Assembly: GCA_029858565.1 (NCBI GenBank)
Contig: JAOUEV010000080.1
Coordinates: 1 to 12,534, forward strand
Source of the DNA: Nitrospirota bacterium
GTDB taxonomy: Bacteria; Nitrospirota; UBA9217
Direction: 5' to 3'
Length of the DNA: 12,534 bases
Position numbers and translations under genes: made by a program. Under the pieces are notes generated by a model. It was not told the DNA's origin and ran no database searches. It saw only the letters and a program-made list of their open reading frames with translations. Shown here in pieces: positions 1-9,100 of this stretch; within the stretch, counting starts at the first letter, position 1, and every line of letters starts with the position of its first letter.

Positions 1-125
1 GCAACTTCGCTCTGCGCTTCCTTCCCACACTCGGTCGCCCTCATGCAGTTGCGCTTCGCTTCGTTCGTCGTGATCAACTTACGATGGGACTTGCACCCAT
101 AGGAGTGCGCCCATGCTGGGCGCAC
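1..125 (-). mobile_element. 5' end (domain I) of a group IIC intron, truncated by the window edge; RT/maturase ORF expected beyond position 1
   Basis: The minus strand from 125 reads GTGCGCCCAGCATGGGCGCACTCCTATGGGTGCAAGTCCCAT. It has the canonical GUGYG 5' boundary, the GTGCGCCCnGCATGG start typical of class C introns, and a GCAA (GNRA) capped hairpin at 84-100. It begins 1 nt after the U-tract of an intrinsic terminator, the known IIC target site. Confidence 0.88.
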
Positions 126-158
126 CAAAAAAACGCGGAGGCCGGAAGCCTCCGCGTT
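126..158 (-). terminator. Rho-independent terminator of the giant surface-protein gene
   Basis: Perfect 11-bp stem (AACGCGGAGGC 132-142 / GCCTCCGCGTT 148-158) with a 5-nt loop and a 7-T tract on the minus strand (133-127). It starts 26 nt after the stop codon at 185-187. Confidence 0.93.
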
Positions 159-184
159 CCCTGATTTCCGGTTCTTTCTCTCCC

Positions 185-3100
185 CTACTGGATGCCGTAC
201 CCCAGGGTCTTGTACGCTTCCAAGGCCGCCGCGGACCCCGCGTTCCGCACCATCACCTTGACCGTATAGGTCCCTGCCGTGAGGCCGGTCGTGTCCCAAT
301 TCCATGCAGCATCAGTGCTGTATTCCCGGCCAATGGTCCACTTCGTATCCGTGCTGAGTTTGTACAGGTACTTGTACTCATAGGTCCCGGAACCGCCCTG
401 GCCCGTCGCTGTCAGGGGGACCAGAATCCCTGCAGGCTGCGGCCCGCGCAGCAGCGCCGTGATCGTGGCTCCTGTGGCAGGCGCACTCTCCACAAGGGAG
501 CAGCTTGCGGTCACGTAGGCCTCGACGCCGGCAACAGAGCCAGCGTTCCGGACCATGACCTTCACCGTGTACACGCCCGCCAGCCGTCCGGCGGTCTCCA
601 AGGTCCAGGCGTTCTGCAGCTCATAGTCCCTGCCCAGGCTCCACTTCGTGTCCGTGCTGAGCTTGTACAGGTACTTGTACTCATAGGTCCCGGAACCGCC
701 GCTGCCGGCCGCGGTGAAGAGGATCGGCGTGCCGATAATCTGGGCGCCCGATGGATTGACGGTCACGGCCACGGCTTCCGCCGGTGTCGTCTCGCTCAGC
801 GCGACCGCCATGGTCGCCGAGGCATCGAAGGGCATACCGCTGCCCAGGCTCCGCGCCTGCACCTGGACAGTGTACGTGCCTGCCGGCCACCAGGCGCTGT
901 TCAGGAAGTCCCAGGTGAAGGTCGGATTCACCTTATAGTCCTGCAGCAGAACCCAGCGGGCATCGCCGTCGCGCTTGATCAGGAACTGATACTCGTACGT
1001 GCCTGTCCCTCCCTGGGCAGCAGCGGTGAATGTCATGTTCCCAATAGACCGAAGGACCGGCATCGCCCGATCAGCGCCGAGGTCCACTGACGCCGCAGGA
1101 AGGACATTTGCAATGATGATCTCGCTTGTAGCGACAGCATCATACTCCGTCCGGTTACCCCAGCTCCGGACCATGGCCTTCACCGTGTATCTCCCCGGAG
1201 GCATGTTGGTAACGGACCAGAGAACGGAGGATTGTCCGCCCAGATACTCCTGCAGCACGGTCCAACGGACATCTGTGCTGCTCTTCACCAGGAAGCGGTA
1301 CTCGTAGCCTCCCTCGCCGCCCTGGGCGGTCGCCGTGAGCGTCACATTCCCGACCGCGCGCAGCACCGGGCTGGGCTGGTCAATGGACAGGGCGACCGAT
1401 GCGGCAGGGGTGATCGAGTAGATCACGTACTCCTTCGCATCCATGGCATCATACTCCGTGCCGCTGCCATCGCTGTTGCGAGCAAGCACCTGGACCGCAT
1501 AGGTCCCATCGGGTGTTGCTGCCGCCGAGCTAGTGTCCCAGTACCAGGTTCCGTTCTGCTGGTAGAAAGCGCTCGTTGCAACCTGGCGGCCAGACGCGGC
1601 ATGTTTCACGATGAAAAGGTATTCAGCAGGACCGGTCCCGCCCTGCGCGTTCGCCGCGAACTGGATCGATCCCCGCTGCGCAGGGCTCTGAACAGGGGAA
1701 GAGAGAGAGACCGACGTCACCGGAACATTGTCCGCAATGATGAAGGGCATGTCGGTCAGGACATCGTACTCCGTGCCGCTGCCCACGCTCCGGGCCTGGA
1801 CGCGGACCAGGCATGATCCCGCCGGCCACTGGTTGTAATCGTAGGGATACCAGAAGAAAGATGGGTCGGCACCATAGTCCCGGACCGTTGTCCAGGCCAG
1901 GGTCTTTGCCGAACGTACGAGATAGCGGTACTCGTAGCTCCCGCTCCCTCCCTGGGCTGCTGCGGTGAAGGTGATCACGCCCCGCTGTGCCGGGCTCGGC
2001 ACATCCGAGGACAGAGTCACGGCCGTTGTCGGCGCTGCATCGGATATGACAAAGGGCATCTCTGACAGCGCGTCATAGTCCGTGCCGCTGCCCATGCTCC
2101 GGGCCAGCACGCGGACCAGGTAGTTCCCGGGCTGTGCCGGCGACCAGGTAAGCACATTGCCAGCCCAGCTGTTGGCAGCGGGAATGCCTGACACGATGTT
2201 TCCGGCGCTGTCCCGGACGGAGAACTGATATTCATAATTCCCTGCGCCGCCCGCTGCCTGCGCGGTCAGCGTGACCGGCCCCTGGGAGCGGATCCAGGGG
2301 CTTGGCCGGTCAGCCATGAGGCTTACCGACGTTGCCGGCGTCACCTCGGACCAGGTAAAGGACATGGACGAGGTGACGTCGTAATTGGGGTCGTTGAACT
2401 GTCGGCTCCCCAGGGTCCTGGCAAAGGCCTGGACCGTATAGGTGCCGGCTCTCGAAGGGACCCAGCCCAGGCTGTTCCAATCCTGCCAGTGCGAACCCCA
2501 GCCGGGATAATCAGCGGGCGCAGCGAACATCACCGTGCCGCTGCTGTCCCTCACCTCGAACCGATATTCATAGGATCCCCACCCTCCCAGAGCCTCAGCT
2601 ACAAAGGACACCATGCCCTCACCATTGCCGTCAGACCGGTTCCAGGGACTCGGCCGGTTCGCCGAGAGGCTGAGCATGGTCGCAGGCTCCTCGTCGCTCC
2701 AGACAAAGGTGGTGGTCGCCGTCACATCGTAATACCTGCTGTCATTCTCGTAGGCTGGGCTTACAGTCCTGACAAAGACCTGGATCGAATATCTGCCAGC
2801 CTTGCTCGGTGTAAAAGCGAAGGTGTTCCAGGGCACCCATTCCCGTTCGTAGGGCAGATAATAGGTTCTCTGGTATACGACATTCCCTTCGCTGTCCTTC
2901 ACGATAAAGCGGTAGTCGTATCCGCCGATGCCGCCAGAAGCATGAGCCGTAAAGGTCACCACAGGTCCCTGGCGGAGCTGGGGCGACGGCAGGTCCGGGA
3001 TGAGGCGCAGGGACGTGGCCGGTTCCATATCGGACCAGGTATAAGACAGGGTCCGGCTCACATCATAGGAATCGTCACTCGGCTGCCTGCCGGCTGACCG

Positions 3101-6100
3101 GGCAAGGACCTGGACCGAGTAGTTCCCGTATTTGCCAGGGGACCAGATGAACGCGTTCGTCCCTGACCAGCCCTGCATCGGCATAACCGCTGCGACCGCG
3201 CCTGCGCTGTCCCGTGCTATGAACCGGTATTCATAGGCATTAGCGCTGGAACCCGAGGCCTGTGCAGTGAACGTCACCGCCTCACCGTAGCGATAGTGCG
3301 GGCTCGGATAGTTCGGGATCAGGCTCACGCCTGTCGCAGGCTCGCTGCTTCCTGACCAGGTAAAGCTTATGGCCTCGGAAACATCATAGGACGCATCATT
3401 CAGCGGACGCCAGCCGGACCGTGCCTGCACTTCGATGCTGTAAGTCCCTGCTCTCCAGGCCGACCAGGAGAAGGTGTTCGTTGGAGAGAACGGCATGTCC
3501 GAAGGATAGTTGCTTGCTGAATCGTAATAGAGCCGTCCCTCGGCATCCTTCACCAGGAACCGGTATTCTGCATATCCATATGCAGAACCGAACGGCTGGG
3601 CAGTAAAGGTCACCAGGGAGCTGCTGGCAACAGGACTTGCCTGGTCCGCTGTCAGGCTGACCCTCATCACAGGCTCGTCATTGTTTGCCCAGGTGAATTC
3701 CAAGAAATCTGCAGCCTCATAGGTATCATCGCCAGGCAGCCAGGAACTATATTGCCGGGCGAATACCTGGACCCGGTAGGTACCGGCCTTCCAGGGAGAC
3801 CAGGAGAGCGTTGACGTTCCTGACCAGGACGGTTGAGGAGCATGCACGACGTTCCCCTTGCTGTCCGTCACGACAAACCGATACTCATATCCACCCCAAT
3901 CAGGATACGGCTCTGCTTTGAACAGGACCTGATAGCCATAAGAGACCGGGCTTACACGATCCGCTGTCAAAGCAATCCGCTTCAGATTTTCGTTTCTTGT
4001 CCAGGTAAAGCTCAAGGACTTCGAAACATCATAGCTGTCGTCATACTGTTGAGGGTTTCCGATCCCCCGGGTATAGGCCGTGATGGTGTACTGTCCAGCC
4101 TGCTCCCACGCTACGGGCGACCAGATGATGGTGTTGGTTGCAGACCATATGCCCGGCCCCTGCTGGGAGTCGTATACCACGTTCCCCTTGGCATCCTTCA
4201 CCACGAACCGGTATTCGAAGCTCGAAGTATAGGGGCTCGATGCCTGGGCAGTGAACTGGACCGGCCTGTTGTACGATACGGGGCCGGCGAGGTCCGAGGT
4301 CAGGACAAGGGATGTTGCCGGATCGATGTCGGTCCAGGTGAAGGAGGTTGCCGAGGTCACGTCGTAATTGGCGTCCTCGGCCAGCCTGCCGCCCATGCTT
4401 CTCGCGAACACCTGCAGAGCGTATTTCCCCGCACGCGCGGGCTTCCAGGAGAACGAGTTGTTCGTGGTCCAGGGATTGGAGGGCTGGTCCACGGAGGTGT
4501 AGACAACAGCGCCGGTGCTGTCCAGGACCTGGTACCTGAACTCGTATCCGGTCATGCTGCCGGTTGCCACAGCAGCAAAGTTCACCGGTCCCTCGGTCAT
4601 CCGTTGGGGGCTCGGCCGGTCCGGCACCATGCTTACCGATCTGGCTGGTTCGCTGTCCGTCCAGGTGAACTCCAGCGAATCAGAGGCCTCAGAGAACGGA
4701 TCGTAGGATGAAAGACCGCTGAGTGTGCGGGCCATCACGATGATCGTGTACGTGCCTGCCTTGGGAGGCGTCCAGGAGAACCCCGCGTCGGTCTTCCAGG
4801 GGATGTCCCAGTTAGGCACCGGATCGATCGTGACGCCGGTGCTGTCCTTCAGCAGGAACCGGTATTCGAATGAAGAACCATTGTCACTCCAGGCCTGTGC
4901 GCCGAAGGTCGTTGACCCGTAACCCCTGGACCGCGGACTGGGCTGGTCCGCCCAGATGCTCACTGACTTGACAGGCCCATTGTTCGACCAGGTGAATTCC
5001 ATGGCATCAGACACGTCAAAGGAATCATCACCAATCTCACGGCCGCCGAACTGGACGCGCGCCTTGACCTGGATGACAAACCGCCCCGCAGACTGTGGAC
5101 CCCAGAATAATCCGCTCTCCAGGGACCACGGATGCTCTGCACCCGGAAGCGGATACACGACCGTCCCGCTCCCATCGACCACCTGGTACTTGTATTCATA
5201 AGGCCCTGTGGATCCGGTGGCCTGCGCCCAGAAACCCACCTGCTGCGGGGGAGCAGGGCTGGGTCCCAGCATGTTCGCTGTCAGGACCACGGACCTCGCA
5301 GGATCATAATCGGTCAGGGTGAAGGATAGGGTTTCCTTGACATCATACGCGGTCCCGCTTCCCACGCTGCGCGCCATGGCCAGGATGGTATAGTTGCCCG
5401 GCTTGCCGGGGTCGAGGGCAAGCACTGCCATTTCCGGACCGAGATTGACCCAGCCGTTCTGGAAAGGGTCGCTGCTCGGCACGACCTTGCCGGCGCTGTC
5501 CTTCACTACGAACCGGTATTCGTAGGTGCCATCGCCGCCATGGGCTTGCGCGGAAATGAGAGGCGTGCCCAGGAACCGGTTCCAGGGGCTTGGCAGGTCC
5601 GCTGAAAGGCTGAGCGATGTGGCAGGGCGGACCTGCGACCAGGTGAAAACCATGCTCCTGGTCACATCGTATCCATTGTCCCCGGGCTGCCTGCCAGGGG
5701 TCCTGGCGAGGACCTGGACCGTGTAGGTTCCCGGCTGATCAGGGGTCCATGAAAGGGTCGTCAGCGTACAGTACCGCTGCCACTCCATGGTACCCTGCTG
5801 GGGAACGATCGTGGCGCCGGAGCTGTCCTTGACAATGTACCCGTACTCATAATCACAGGAGTTCCCTCCATAGGCCTGTGCCGTAAAGTTCACTGCCTGC
5901 GGCCAAAGGACCGGGCTGGCGACGTTCGTCTCCAGGGTCAGCGCCTTTGCCGGCTCGAGCTCCGTCCAGGTGAACGGAAGCGACTGCATCACGTCGTACT
6001 CGGTCCCGCTCCCGATGGCCCGGGCAAGCACCTGGATCGTGTAGGTCCCTGCCGGCGAGGCATACCAGTTGGAGAAGGGCTGCCCCTGACCCAGGGCCAT

Positions 6101-9100
6101 CCAGGAACCCGGCTCCGGATAGGAATAGACGATCGCGCCGGCAGCGTCCTTCACCCGGAACTGGTATTCAAAGCCGGAGGGCCCGTTGCCGTATGCCTGG
6201 GCCGTGAAGATCACGGTCTGGCCCTGCATCAGCGGTGAGGGACGCTCCGATGCCAGCGTCAGGAGCGTCGCCGGTGGCATATCAGCGATCACGAGGTACA
6301 CGGTCTTCGACACATCAGCGGACGTGGAATTCCCCGCGCTCCGCGCCTGCACCTGGATGGAGTACCGGCCTGCCGGCCACTGGAGCGCGTCGACGGCGTC
6401 CCAGGTCCAGAATCCGTTCGGATCGTACTCCCTCGCCACGGTCCAGTCCGCTGCAGCGCTGTGCTTCACCAGGAACCGGTATTCGTAGGCCCCGGTGCCT
6501 CCCTGCGCGGCCGCGGTGAACCCGATCTGACCGCGCATGGTCGGGCTCGTCGACGTTGTCGTCAGGTCCACACCTGTTGCCGGAGGCAGAAGCATGAGGA
6601 GGTAGCCCATGCTCTTGGACGTTTCCGAAGAGGCGGCAGATCCGGTGTTCCGCACCTGCACCATGATGGTGTAGAGGCCGGGCTCGCCGCTGCTCGTATC
6701 CCACAACCAGGTATTGAGCGAGGAATACTGCTGCATTGTCGTCCAGACCGTTGCACCCGGCCCCTTCAGCTGGAAGCGGTATTCATAGGACCCGCTGCCG
6801 CCGGCACCTGCCGCCGTGAACAGTATCGAGGTCCCCATCGGCTGCGGGCTCCTGAGATCGGAAACCAGCGTTGCCGCCGTGGCAGGAGCCTCGGTCACGA
6901 GCACGGCTGCGATCGTTGCCGACGCCTCCATGGATGCCGCGGAGCCCGCGTTCCGTACCATCACCTTTACGCTATAGACGCCGGCCGCGATACCGGTCGT
7001 GTCCCAGGTCCAGGCATTCTGGGGATCGTACGGCCGGCCCACGGTCCACTTCGCATCCGTGCTGAGCTTGTAGAGGAACTGGTACTCGTAGGTCCCTGAT
7101 CCGCCGCTGCCCGAAGCCGTGAAGATGAGCGGCGTGCCGATCATCTGCACCCCTGTCGGACTTGCCGAGAGCGCAGCACCGGTCGCGGGCGCCTCGGTCA
7201 CCAGGGAGCAGCTTGCGGTCGCATACGCTTCCTGGGAAGCAGTGGATCCGGCGCAGCGAACGGACACCTTTACCGTGTACACCCCCGGCGTAGCGCCGGC
7301 CGTGTCCCAGGTCCAGGTATTGGGGGAAGCATAGTCCCGCACCAGGGTCCACTTGGCATCAGTGCTCAGCTTGCGGTAGAACCGGTATTCATACGTTCCG
7401 GATCCGCCGTTGCCCTGCGCCGTGAAGGTGAGCGGCGTACCGACGACCTGCGCGCCTGCGGGACTCGCCGCAAGGGTCGCTGACGCCGCCACAAGGGAAT
7501 AGACCTCGCTCGCGACCCGCTGTTCCAGATTGCCAGCCGCATCAATGGACCGGAACTTCAGCGTTGCTGTCCCGTCAATGGTTATCGGTCCCGTATAGCG
7601 GGCTGAGCTTTGTGTCGGCTCCGATCCATCGACCGAATAATAGGTTTCCGCGCAACCGCTGCCGGCCACGTCCAGGCACGTGAGCACCACATTCTGCGGC
7701 GCAGTATAGCTACCGCCGGCTGGCGACGCCGTGGTCACCGGCGCTGCGGCATCCTGCCTGACCGCCATGCTCACCACCGGCTCGATGCCGCCGCCATTGT
7801 CCGCAGAGTAGAACCGGACATACTGGACGCACGAGCTGCCCGCGGCGCAGGTGACCGTGAGCGGCCCGGCGTAGGCGCTGGTCGGCGTACAGGTGCCGGA
7901 GCTGTCGATGCAGACCCGGGGGTAGCCGGCAGCGATCCCGGTCCCGGAGCGGTCCGTGGCGGACAGGCTTACCGCCACGGTGCCGAGAGCTGTCCAGGTG
8001 CCGAACCGGTAACCCGCCGCGCTCGCCAGGGTCGTGGGCAGGGTATTCTGATAACCATACACCGAGCTCCGCACGCCGGCAAAGACCGTCTGGTCGGATG
8101 CATAGGTCGGGGGCACCATGACCGCGAACGCCGAAAGGTTCGCAAGCCCCGTGTTCATCGCACTCCAGCTTCCCCCGTCATTCACGCTCTTATAGATGCC
8201 GCCATTGTCCGTGGCAGCGTAGACTGTGTGGTCCGAACCGTATGCCGGGGAAAGATGCATGCTCCGCACGGTCTGGCTCCCGAGGCCCGTGTTCGACAGG
8301 GTCCAGCTCAGTCCGTTATCAATGCTCTTGAGGATGATGCCGTTGCTGTTGCCCGCGTAGATCGTCCGGTCCGCTGCGTAGTCCGGCGACACCGCAAGCG
8401 CCATCGCCTCGACGTTCGCGAGCACTGTGGACCAGTTCGAGCCTCCGTCCGTGCTCCGGTAGAGAGCCCCGTTGCCGAAGGAACCGGCAAAGACCGTGCG
8501 ATCATTCGCAAAATCCGGCGAGATGGCCAATGCCTTCATGGTCGCGGTCCCGCTCCCCGCGTTCACGGCGCTCCAGGTGGCGCCGCCGTCTGTGCTCCGG
8601 AACACCCCCGCAGAACTGGTGGCGGCAAAGACGGTCTGGTCGCTTACGTAGGCCGGCGAGATCGTCACCCCATAGACGAAGAGACCCGTGAGGCCGGTGT
8701 TCGTGCTGGTCCAGGTGACGCCGCCGTCCGTGCTCTTGAACACCCCGCCGCCGTTCGTGCCGGCGAACACGGTGCGGTCGTACGCATAGTCCGGCGAGAA
8801 GGCGATCGCATGGACCGGGCTGTTCGTGATGCCGGCGCCCGAATCGCTCCAGCTCACGCCGCCGTCCGTGCTCCGGTAGATGCCGGCCCCGCCGTTCGTG
8901 CCCGCGAGGATCGTGCGGTCCGTGGCATAATCCGGTGATGACGCGAGCGAATAGACATGCAGGTTCGTGAGACCCGCAGCAGTCCGGACCCAGTTCGCGC
9001 CGCGGTCCGTGCTCTTGTGCACACCGCCGCCGGTGCTGGAGCCGGCAAACAGGATATGGTCCGTTGCATGCGCCGGCGACGTCGCGAGGGCGCGGATGTT

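Noticed and set aside
188-7490. Diversity-generating retroelement acting on the variable repeats
   Set aside because: No non-coding template repeat is present, differences between similar repeats are not adenine-specific, and the neighbouring retroelement has group IIC intron hallmarks.
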